Part shown: positions 53,160 through 64,000 of the stretch, one piece after another
Numbering within the stretch: the first letter of the stretch is position 1
Layout: every line of letters starts with the position of its first letter
The notes under the pieces: generated by a model
Told to the model about the DNA's origin: nothing
The model's input: only the letters and a program-made list of their open reading frames with translations
Databases searched by the model: none
Made by a program: the position numbers and the translations under genes
Origin: Octopus bimaculoides
Lineage: Eukaryota
Length of the DNA: 64,000 nucleotides
Direction of reading: 5' to 3'
Assembly (NCBI RefSeq): GCF_001194135.2
Contig: NC_068986.1
Coordinates: forward strand, 45,314,979-45,378,978

Positions 53160-53851
53160 CAGGGTGTGATGGGTAAATTGTCACCATTTTATATTTTTAA
53201 TTTCGTGCATGTGCATTGTTTGTTTTTGGTTTTGTCGATTACACAGAATAGTAGATTCAGTTGGGCACTGTCTGTGAGAAAACCAGCACCATGATGAAAT
53301 TCACTCTGCCAGAAATTTTGAAACAACATGCTGTACTGCTTGACGTTTGTGCCAGAAGCTCCAATACAAACATTTCAGAGTGTTTGGGTGTCGATCTGAG
53401 GACAATGCAATCTGAGGGACATGTACTGAGAATAATAAAAATCAAACATCCCGTCAACATCATAATGTGTGGAGTGATGGTGACATTACGCCTCCATCCA
53501 TCTTCCCACACGGCCTCAGACTCAACACTGAGGCCTACATCAAGTGCCTGGAGGAGGTAGTGCTGCCCTGGGTAAACAGGGTGGCTGCTGGAAGACCCTG
53601 TCTGGCAACAGGACCCTGCACCATGCCACACAAGCAGGAGAATCCAGTCATGGCTGTCAGACAATTTCTGCGATCACATCACTCCTAACATCTGGCCACC
53701 TAACTCCCCAGAATGCAACCCCCATTGATTATTATGTATGGGGTGCAGTTAAGTGAGATACCAACAAAACAACTAGTAACACCAAAGATGAACTGAAGGC
53801 AAATATTATGGCAGCATTCACCAACTTAAACAAGGAGACTGTCCAGAATAG
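53160..53851 (+). mobile_element. Tc1/mariner superfamily, maT (DD37D)-like transposon, internally deleted and frameshifted; right end in a gap
   Basis: Starts TA|CAGGGTG. Remnants: KHPVN, SDGDITPPSIFPHGLRLNTEAYIKCLEEVVLPWV, WQQD(x)APCHTSRRIQSWLSDNFCDHITPNIWPPNSPECNP(I)DYYVWGAV. About 37 residues between D2 and D3 after frameshift correction. Confidence 0.85.
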
Positions 53852-55389
53852 NNNNNNNNNNNNNNNNNNNNNNNNNNNNNNNNNNNNNNNNNNNNNNNNN
53901 NNNNNNNNNNNNNNNNNNNNNNNNNNNNNNNNNNNNNNNNNNNNNNNNNNNNNNNNNNNNNNNNNNNNNNNNNNNNNNNNNNNNNNNNNNNNNNNNNNNN
54001 NNNNNNNNNNNNNNNNNNNNNNNNNNNNNNNNNNNNNNNNNNNNNNNNNNNNNNNNNNNNNNNNNNNNNNNNNNNNNNNNNNNNNNNNNNNNNNNNNNNN
54101 NNNNNNNNNNNNNNNNNNNNNNNNNNNNNNNNNNNNNNNNNNNNNNNNNNNNNNNNNNNNNNNNNNNNNNNNNNNNNNNNNNNNNNNNNNNNNNNNNNNN
54201 NNNNNNNNNNNNNNNNNNNNNNNNNNNNNNNNNNNNNNNNNNNNNNNNNNNNNNNNNNNNNNNNNNNNNNNNNNNNNNNNNNNNNNNNNNNNNNNNNNNN
54301 NNNNNNNNNNNNNNNNNNNGTAAATATCATAAGATAAATATAATAAATATAATAATAATAATAATAATAAATATAATATAATAAATATAATAATAATAAA
54401 TATAATAAATATAATAAATAAAATTATATTTATCTTATGATATTTACTTTACTTTATATTATACTTATTTATTGTGCTTTTAATTATTAATTTTTCTATA
54501 TGTGATAGTGGATTTTCATCGATGAGTTCTTGAAAATTGGTTATTTTCCCTAAAACTATATATTTTACATATACATATATATATATATGTAACAACCATG
54601 TGTGTATATAAACAAATGTACACTTGTTCTTTTAGAAGTGCTGAATGTGTATCATACGATACAGACAAGAAAGTGAACTTTCCGGGGGGTTGCGGGATGC
54701 AACGAATATTTTAGGAGGAATGAATAGGTAGATGAGTGAAGGCTTTGCTGGTGAGTGTGTTAAATAGTGGGGCACTGAAACAGAGTGACTCTCCCTAGAC
54801 ACAACAAAATATGCTTCAACAAACGAACTGACATAAAGAATCTTGCAAACCAAATCCAAAATCGAAATAACAAACAGAAAATTTGACAAAACCATAACAA
54901 ATTATCAAATTCTCCATTTGTTATGCTTTCGTCAAATTTTCCATTTGTTATGTTTTTGTTAAATTTTTCTGTTTATTATGTTAAATCCTTGAGAAAAGCA
55001 ATATATACATATTGAGAAGACACGGCAACTAAAGTGAGATTGCAGCCATAGCTGATACCAATGTTGCATGTCCAGCTCATTTAAGAGTATTCTTTATGTG
55101 TCAGACGATATGATATGCTTGAGAAAACCTGTTGAGTCAAGTAAAACCAAAATCGTAGCTGTAGCTGGTGCCTCCTGACTGGCTCCAATTCCAGTGGCAC
55201 GTAAAATGCATCATTTGAATGTGATCGATGCCAATGTCCCCTGACTGACTCCTGTGCCAGTGGCACGTAAAAAGCACTGTCCAAACATAGTTGATGCCAG
55301 GTCCGTCTGACTGGCTCCCATGCTAGTGGCATATAAAAAGCACAATCTGAACGTGGCCGATGCCAGTACCCACTATTCCAACAGCTATT

Positions 55390-56130
55390 ATGGAGTACAA
55401 ATCAGTTGGATTCAGTCCTTGATGAAAATCAAGCTGTCCATTACCTAACAGAGTTCCTTAATTCTCTTGAGCCACCTGGTGCTCTTCCACAAACTTTTTC
55501 TAAAGGTAGGAGTCCTAATAATGCTTCTAAGAAATTTAGATCCTCCTAAATTATGCAATGGGACAAGGTTGATTGTGAAGACATTATCACCTAATGTGAT
55601 AGAAACTACCATCATCACAGGATGTGCCTCGGGGGAAGAGGTTTTCATTCCAAGAATTCCAATCAAACCAACAGACATACCATTTGAGTTCAATTGGACC
55701 CAATTCCCAGTGCAACTTTGCTTCGCAATGTCTATTAATAAAGCTCAAGGTCAGACTTTGAAATCTACTGGCTTGCACTTAATTGAGCCTTTTTTTTTCT
55801 CATGGTCAACTTTATGTTGGTTGCTCCAGGTAGTTTACAAGACTTATTTGTTCATGCTCCAAACCAGAAAAAATAAGAACGATGTTTACCGAGAAGCTCT
55901 TACATAATTTCCTTCAACATATGTAATAGAATTTCTCCCATGGCAAATTTTGTATTTTTGTTTTTTATTATTATTACTATTTTTTTTATATTACAAATTT
56001 AGAATTGACTTCCCAATTGAAGAACAAATTGATTTTAGAATAACAAATTTCTATACAACATATTTTGCTTTTTCCTTCCCATGTATAAGTAACAAGTTCA
56101 TTCTCGGGCAATGCTGGGTGCCTCTGCTAG
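55390..56130 (+). mobile_element. Helitron 3' fragment: Pif1-like helicase C-terminus, subterminal hairpin and CTAG end
   Basis: EFLNSLEPPG, KLFLKVGVLIMLLRNLDPPKLCNGTRL, FIPRIP, QFPVQLCFAMSINKAQGQTL, KNDVYREAL*. Degenerate hairpin ctcgggcaatgctggg at 56103-56118; CTAG at 56127-56130 followed by T. Confidence 0.93.
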
Positions 56131-56165
56131 TATATATGTATATATATATATATATATACACATGG

Positions 56166-56204
<39 letters not shown>

Positions 56205-56212
<8 letters not shown>

Positions 56213-56487
56213 TTTTATTCTTTTACTTGTTTCAGCCAATTGACTGTAGTCATACTGGAGCACTGCCTTAAAGGGTTTTAGTTGAAGAAATTGACCCCAG
56301 GACTTATTCTTTTTAGCCTAGTACTTATGTTATCAGACACTTTTGTCAAACTACTAAGTTACAGGGACATAAACATACCAGCATCAGTTGTCAAGTGATG
56401 GTGGGGGGACAAACAGACACACACATGCATAAATATATACATGTATATACATAAATATATACATGTATATACATAAATATATACATG

Positions 56488-56531
<44 letters not shown>

Positions 56532-56665
56532 CAATGGGTTCTCTCTACCAAATCCACTCACAAGGTTTTGGTCAGCCTGATGCTGTAGTAGAAAAAATTG
56601 CACAGTGGGACTGAACCTGGAACCATGTAGTTGAGAAGCAAGCTACTTACCACACAGCCACACCT
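56205..56665 (-). mobile_element. SINE family A with an expanded 22-bp TA-derived minisatellite
   Basis: Family A tail at 56205 and head at about 56665; unit aatatatacatgtatatacata x3 near 56430-56495. Confidence 0.8.
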
Positions 56666-58278
56666 TATCATCATCATTTAATGCCTTATATATACACGCA
56701 CACACACAGACCAACTCCCATACACATATGTGTATTGTACTATGCTTGGGTGTATACATAGCTGAGTATACATGCATAAGAAAGGAAAAGACATAAAACT
56801 TTGTGAATGAATTGAAATGCTTTATGATTACATCATTTTATCGGTATTTCAAGTTGATGTTTGACTTCTACAAAGGATCAAAAGAATTTGTAAATCCACA
56901 TTTAGTTAGGTATAAAAGTGGGAGAGAAACATTAAAACACTAAATGAAGACAAACTTGGACATTTTGTGAGTGATCTTAGATACATAAGCTATTGTAAAT
57001 CTTTTATGTTTTGCTTGTTTTAGTTATTGGTCTGTGACCATGGTGTACAGCCTTGAAGAGTTAATTTAAGAAAATCAACCACATTATTGTTTGTTTTTAA
57101 TGTCTGGCATTTATTGTATCAGTCTCTTTTGTTGAATTGCTAAGTCACGGGGATGTAAACTGACCAACTGTAGCTGTCGAGTGTTGGTAGAGAACAAACA
57201 CAAACAAAGATGCATGAATGCATGCACACAGACACACACACACATACACATATAATGGGCTTGCATACAGCTTCCATTTACCAAATCCACTCACAAGTCA
57301 TTGGTTAGCCTGGGGCTATAGTAGAAGACACTTACCCAAAGTGTCACACAGTGGGACTGGATCTCAATAGTTACAAAGGAAGCTTCTTAGCCAGATGGTC
57401 TTGCCCGAGGAGGATTTTGAAGAATAAACAGTGCCACTAATAATAACCATTGACCGATGAAATTGATTCCATTCTGATTCTTTTGGTGATGGGGTAATAT
57501 AATTGTTTCATCAATTATATATCTACCCATATTAAAAACAAAAAAAAGAAAGATGCTAAGCGGAAAAAAAGAAAAACAGCAACAAGCAGTTGCTGTAAGA
57601 TTAAGTTGTTTTTAGATTAAGGTACTTGACTATTGAGACCATGATTAAAACCTTGTTATAGTCATAGTTACATGTTTCTAGAGTTTATGTGCCTAACTGA
57701 CACTGCTACTGGAAAGATTAGCAGTACAAAAGATGTTTGGATGTTTGGCTATCAAAATAATTGCTCTAATGATATTTTAGAAAAAAAAAAAAAAAAAAAA
57801 ATTAAAAAAAAAAAGGTAAGACCCTGTCTACATACATATTGACAAAGATATCAGATTAACAGATTAGCAACTCAAAGATGAGTGGTTTGTTTACTTTCCT
57901 TTAAGCTACATTTTTTTTTCTTGGCTGAAACATTTTGCTCAAATGGGTAAGTTCACCTAGCTGTACATAAGTAACCTCAATGCAGTAGAATTCATCACAA
58001 TTCTTAGATAATTCCTGATTATAACTTGGATAAGGATATCCTCTGTCAAGCTAACTTGTAAATACCCTGCATTGATATGAAAGTTTCAGTATAATCTTAC
58101 AAACAGGTTACGTGACTCACTCATAGTAGAACAGTAGAACTGAAAGGACAGAGTGAATATAATGCTGGACTAAATAGCTCAGCTGATGTAGGTACAATCC
58201 ACTATAAATTTTATTTGAGATGGGCTAACATCCTACTCTAGAAGATATTTATCTCTTGTCTTCACCTGACATCTTTAA

Positions 58279-58493
58279 CTCCTTTGATATCAACCCATCT
58301 GATACCAACCTTTGTTCTATGACATAAACTTTGTTTTAAAGTGATCTAAATTAAAACTTCCTATTAAAATTTCATGTTAATTTAGTTCAAACATGAGCTT
58401 AATAATGATAAAACTTTCATCATATTTTTCATTATTTTCAAAATTAATTGAAAGAAAAATGTATATTTCAACAGAAATATGGGAACAAAAGGG
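58279..58493. mobile_element. TTAA-flanked MITE (second copy at about 4574-4745)
   Basis: TTAA at 58275-58278 and 58494-58497; right end gggaacaaaaggg; internal similarity to 4574-4745. Confidence 0.7.
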
Positions 58494-59105
58494 TTAAATA
58501 TTCCTCAAGGTTTTGGAGATATTTACAAGATAGGTGTAGCAAATTGGAAGGTATTACTAACTAGTGTACAAGAAAATAATACAAATCTACTAAGGCAGAT
58601 CTCTATGCACTAAATAATTAACTAAAGCATACAGTACAATAAAATTACACAAGAAACAGTCAACCAGTTTTTTTTAAGGGTTTCTGTTCAACAGCTATGT
58701 ACTTTATAGATATATTACTTTGTTTAGACAACTGATATCTCTCACCCACAATATCTTTCTTCATATTCTACAGGAAAACAAAAATTCTGATTTTACTCCA
58801 CAAAACTTACTAACAGTAGTTAAAGAAAGCTTGGAATTATAAAGTAATTGTGAGAAATGTAACAAGCAAGTTTCCAAACCCAATTTTCAGTGATGATAAT
58901 TCTTACAGAAATAATTAGATAATATAGGTAATATTTCTGTTTCCTTATACAAATTATTTTTCAGTCATTTTCCACAGTTCTATTCCTTTTATTTAAAACT
59001 GGTCTCTCTATATTACTATATTCCTTTTTTTTACCCTCACTGAAACCATCCAACAGACAGCTAGTGATTGCAGCAGTGGGAAGGCTCTTTTATTTGTTTA
59101 TCTAA

Positions 59106-59271
59106 CTACTTATAAACTATATTTAGATTACAAAATCTCTTCTTCAACTTCCTTTTTGTCCAGGACAAAACAAGTGCAGCTGTAAGACCTAAGACAAACA
59201 TAGCACACAGCAAGTCAGCATTTGTTGCTATTTCTGTAGTTCTGAAGATGCTTTCCTTAATAGTAACTATT
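59106..59271 (-). CDS. Candidate terminal exon of an unidentified upstream gene (C-terminal transmembrane helix plus basic tail)
   Basis: Strong acceptor cccttatttccttag|A, then an open frame IVTIKESIFRTTEIATNADLLCAMFVLGLTAALVLSWTKRKLKKRFCNLNIVYK*. No upstream partner exon found and no recognised homology. Confidence 0.25.
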
Positions 59272-59474
59272 CTAAGGAAATAAGGGTGTGTGTATATTTT
59301 ATTTATATGGATATTACACACTTATAAATATTACATAAAGATACGCCTGTATTTGTATTTATAGTGTGTGTGTCTGTGTATGTGTGTGTATTCATTCATT
59401 CATTCAAAACTGAGCCACCAAGTTTTTTATTTCCATAACATTCTTCAAGCCAACTTAACACACAGACATATGTT

Positions 59475-59531
<57 letters not shown>

Positions 59532-60454
59532 ACACACACANNNNNNNNNNNNNNNNNNNNNNNNNNNNNNNNNNNNNNNNNNNNNNNNNNNNNNNNNNNN
59601 NNNNNNNNNNNNNNNNNNNNNNNNNNNNNNNNNNNNNNNNNNNNNNNNNNNNNNNNNNNNNNNNNNNNNNNNNNNNNNNNNNNNNNNNNNNNNNNNNNNN
59701 NNNNNNNNNNNNNNNNNNNNNNNNNNNNNNNNNNNNNNNNNNNNNNNNNNNNNNNNNNNNNNNNNNNNNNNNNNNNNNNNNNNNNNNNNNNNNNNNNNNN
59801 NNNNNNNNNNNNNNNNNNNNNNNNNNNNNNNNNNNNNNNNNNNNNNNNNNNNNNNNNNNNNNNNNNNNNNNNNNNNNNNNNNNNNNNNNNNNNNNNNNNN
59901 NNNNNNNNNNNNNNNNNNNNNNNNNNNNNNNNNNNNNNNNNNNNNNNNNNNNNNNNNNNNNNNNNNNNNNNNNNNNNNNNNNNNNNNNNNNNNNNNNNNN
60001 NNNNNNNNNNNNNNNNNNNNNNNNNNNNNNNNNNNNNNNNNNNNNNNNNNNNNNNNNNNNNNNNNNNNNNNNNNNNNNNNNNNNNNNNNNNNNNNNNNNN
60101 NNNNNNNNNNNNNNNNNNNNNNNNNNNNNNNNNNNNNNNNNNNNNNNNNNNNNNNNNNNNNNNNNNNNNNNNNNNNNNNNNNNNNNNNNNNNNNNNNNNN
60201 NNNNNNNNNNNNNNNNNNNNNNNNNNNNNNNNNNNNNNNNNNNNNNNNNNNNNNNNNNNNNNNNNNNNNNNNNNNNNNNNNNNNNNNNNNNNNNNNNNNN
60301 NNNNNNNNNNNNNNNNNNNNNNNNNNNNNNNNNNNNNNNNNNNNNNNNNNNNNNNNNNNNNNNNNNNNNNNNNNNNNNNNNNNNNNNNNNNNNNNNNNNN
60401 NNNNNNNNNNNNNNNNNNNNNNNNNNNNNNNNNNNNNNNNNNNNNNNNNNNNNN

Positions 60455-60714
60455 AATACACTTTGGTGTATTGGAAGGGTTTATCTTACAAACTCTTCCT
60501 CATGTATATTCATGGCCTACTTGGTATTACTGCAAACAAACACTCACTCTGATGCACAGGATACTGCTCTTCACCCCCTCATGACTTTCTTGACACACAC
60601 ACATGTCATCCAGATGAAACTTAGAAACTTAACACCAGGCATGAACTATTTTCTTGCAGAAAGACCTTGAAAACATCATCTAATGATGACACTATATGCA
60701 CGCACACATACGCA

Positions 60715-60788
<74 letters not shown>

Positions 60789-61340
60789 CACAGACACACA
60801 CATGCGTATGTGTGCGTGCATAGGAGGGGGTGTTTGTGTTTCCATGTCTTGATACTGTGTGATAATTGTAAATGAGCATTACTGTCATACAAGCAACTTC
60901 TTCCTTGAAAATATGTTTGGCCATAGGGAAATATTACCTTACTCGGAAACAGGTGAGGATTGGTGACAGGAAGAGTATCTGGTGGTATGATGATGATGAT
61001 GCTGATTAAGAGCTCTACCTATATCTTGTTGCTTGGTTCAGAAGTTTGCTCTCAGCTGCTTCACCACAGTGTTGCACAGATGGGGCACTATCCTGTCCAC
61101 ATTCAATACACTTTGGTGTATTGGAAGGGTTTATCTTCCAAACTCTTCCTCATGTATATTCATGGCCTACTTGGTATTACTGCAAACAAACACTCACTCT
61201 GATGCACAGGATACTGCTCTTCACCCCCTCATGACTTTCTTGACACACACACGTCATCCAGATGAAACTTAGAAACTTAACACCAGGCATGAACTATTTT
61301 CTTGCAAAAAGACCTTGAAAACATCATCTAATGATGACAC
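60455..61340 (+). repeat. Near-identical direct repeat (60455-60692 and 61105-61340) next to an N-gap
   Basis: 238 vs 236 bp; two substitutions and one 2-bp indel seen. Confidence 0.92.
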
Positions 61341-64000
61341 GATAACCTAGTCTCTATCAACAGAACAAAGGCACACCCACTACATATATTAAAGAAACAG
61401 TCTTGCCCTAAATACTTCCTTTACATACACAACACACTAATAAAACCCTCAAAATCTTTACAAATATTAGACCGCTCAAAATCTCCAGTATTCTTCTGTA
61501 GTGACTTCACATACAGTCATCACTCAAAAGGACCAAGGCATAATGACATGTATCACAAAATAAAGATATAACGTTGCAAAGTTTGCTTCCTCCTCTTCAG
61601 AACCAGAAATACTTTAGCTTTCATTAATGTAACCTACATTACAGTACAGCTCATATATTGGAGAGAGTGGCGCTACCTCAGACCATTTTTTAAAATGCTA
61701 ATTGATTGCTATTGATGTCTAGCTTGATATCAATTCTGATTGAGCAAATCTATGATCAAACACATTCTGACCGGATTACCCTGACTCTGTAAGGCCATGT
61801 ATAGGACTACATTATCTCATGTTTCTTTTCTATTTTAAAACAGTAAGATGTGAAATTGAGAAGCATTTAGTCAATATTTTTAACAGGTTGAGCAACCATG
61901 TAGAGGCCCTCTTATTCGTTTGTTGCCATTTGATTGATTAGCAAAAATTTATTCACTAAAACACTGCAACCACTGGCACATAGGCACATTTTATTCTCCA
62001 TGACTCTTTTAGAACTCCTATAAAAACTTTTGCACTGTCCCAATCACTTTGGTTACCTATTTCTCTTTCTCTCAGCCCCTCTTTTAACTCTATCGTTCTT
62101 TCCCAAAACTTCAAAATGAAGATCAAGCACAACAATGCCACTAGTCAGAATGAGCTTAATTAGTAATAATAAAAAGATTTAATGTTCAACTTCATATTTT
62201 CCTAAACAAAATTCCACAACCTAAATACTCACCAACATACCCTATAATTATTCAAGTCTGATAATTAATTAGATCTCTGCAATTTAATTACTAATCATTA
62301 AAGGATAGGCAATATGCTTCACATCACTTTCCACTCAAGTTTGACAAACCTTTCCCTTCAATGTAACAATTTACATTTTGTTGAAGCACATAAACTAGCC
62401 TTTCAAATATCAAAAGCTATAGTAGTAGATAAAAAGCTAACACAGGTAAAAAGCACAACATAGAGAAAATTTGAAGGAAACTACAAGTTGTTGAAAAGGT
62501 AATCAAAAGAGTTAAATAATTATTGCATAACATACAACCTATAGTCTCTCAATTGTCTTGAGAGGCAAGCAAATCTCTTTCCACTAATTTTGCTGAATTT
62601 TCAACCATATCAATTGTCCCCAGAGTATTTTTTTTTTACCAGATGTTTAAAGTATGATATATCATTTCAGAAATACTCTTGGCCTTTATTTCAATGTAAT
62701 TATGTGTGCTTCCTTCTTGTGAGCCTGCACCTATGAGTCTATATTTAGGGAAGCTTATGGTTTCTTTCATAAAATAATGTTACTGATAGGATTGTGCGTG
62801 TTAGTCATCGAATTTCTTGGCTCATCCTGATATTCCAGTGCAACTCAATTTTGATGAAAATTAAAGAAAAAAAATCAATGCAACCATCATTAGTCATGTG
62901 GGAACAACTGTAGATTCAGGCCAAACAATAATGAAAATATTTGTTGATTACTAAGAAAGAATACATTGTACTGATGAGGTCAAGCCAACTAGTCTTCATC
63001 CTATCTATCACAGTTATTAGTTCCCTTTCATTAGGTTTCATATGATCACAAAGAGAATTATACCTTGCCATTTGCCTTCTTTGTATACATAATAACCACT
63101 AGTTTTATAATGAAAGTAAGTGGCCTAAACGACAGTAACTGACTGAATAAATAATAACATTTACAAAGGATTTCAAATGCATGAGATCAGAGACATAGAA
63201 ACTGGACAGGAACACTATTATGAAATAATTTTAAATTAAGTAATGTACTTTGTATTAAAGAATGGCAATTGATTTGACAGATTCTGAAAGTTATAAAAAT
63301 AACCAATTCATCCATCTACTTGTATTATTATACTTTTATTACACTTGTATGTTATCAACTAAATGTTTAGTGAAGCATCTGTACATAACATGAAACAGTT
63401 TAATATTGTACAAGAAAGGCTGCTCAGTACACTAAGGCCCTGTGTAGATGACTTTTGAATGTTGAAGAAGGTCTGAAAAATAACATTAGTTGAGCTAATA
63501 AAATTTTGTATGTAAAACTTTGAGACTTTAAGAAAGGGTTTATTGTCTACCAACTCTCAGAACACTTTATAAAAACTTTATGCTAGATTTACTAATGACA
63601 CAAAATAATCTTTTTTTTATCATTTATTCAGTTGGGGAGGACAGAACTCATGATTATTTCCAGAACTTCTGAGACTGGTGAGAGGAGGAAAATTATCCTC
63701 AGACTAGAGAACAGGCCTTTGAATGCTTACACCATAGCTGACTCTGCTAAAAGCACCCAAGGGTCAGATGCCAGTGTTTAATTGGGCAACAGACAAAGCT
63801 TACTATCCAATTCAAAGTTTATTCATGTATTGACAAAAATATAACCTCACAATGTTGTTGTTGGTTATCCCAGGTCATTTCTGATCTGACCAACCAAACC
63901 TATGATCAAAAACCTTGATTATCTTCTCATTTTTTGTTTTTTGGTTTAAGTGTATCTAGGACAGCATTATCCAGTCTACCTTCTTTGTTATTGTTATTTA

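Noticed and set aside
54517-54552. Fourth hammerhead-like string tcgatga-gttctt-gaaa-attggtt-a
   Set aside because: Two core deviations, essentially no stem I or stem II, and an imperfect stem III.
55175-55370. CRISPR-like repeat and spacer periodicity
   Set aside because: Eukaryotic context, the inter-repeat segments are themselves homologous, there are no cas genes, and it is part of a LINE 3' UTR.
58098-58141. Possible small upstream myosin exon (…MSESRNLF|gtaag) that could join the 25451 acceptor in frame
   Set aside because: Only generic splice-like motifs; no homology or expression evidence, and such matches are frequent by chance.
18934-60552. Long ORF-track entries containing X runs or YI/HT/CV/RE dipeptide repeats
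   Set aside because: They are produced by N-gaps and microsatellites; many also begin at TTG or GTG.
63359-63553. Minus-strand 64-aa ORF with an internal acceptor
   Set aside because: No recognisable homology or donor partner; composition is unremarkable.

Overview
AT-rich, microsatellite- and transposon-dense animal genomic DNA with 12 N-gaps. The SINE repertoire looks cephalopod, most likely an Octopus draft assembly (inference). The only firmly supported host gene is a class I myosin of the Myo1c/Myo1h (Drosophila Myo61F) type on the minus strand. Its 11 GT-AG coding exons run from the ATG at 25430 to 1484 and give 426 in-frame codons of the motor domain; the gene continues beyond the left edge. 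The rest is intronic or intergenic: tRNA-derived SINE families, RTE-like LINE fragments (one family has a PHD-type zinc finger inside its RT), mariner, maT, hAT and piggyBac-type non-autonomous elements, and a Helitron 3' end. Nearly all ORF-track entries are artefacts of microsatellites, N-runs, alternative starts or repeats. The most interesting signal is a cluster at 28.3-31.9 kb of type I hammerhead-ribozyme motifs with palindromic stem III, the architecture known from Penelope-like retroelements. Two of them sit inside inverted repeats that would pair the ribozyme with its own antisense. There is no CRISPR array, rRNA or intact tRNA. All alignments and folds were done by eye and need computational confirmation.
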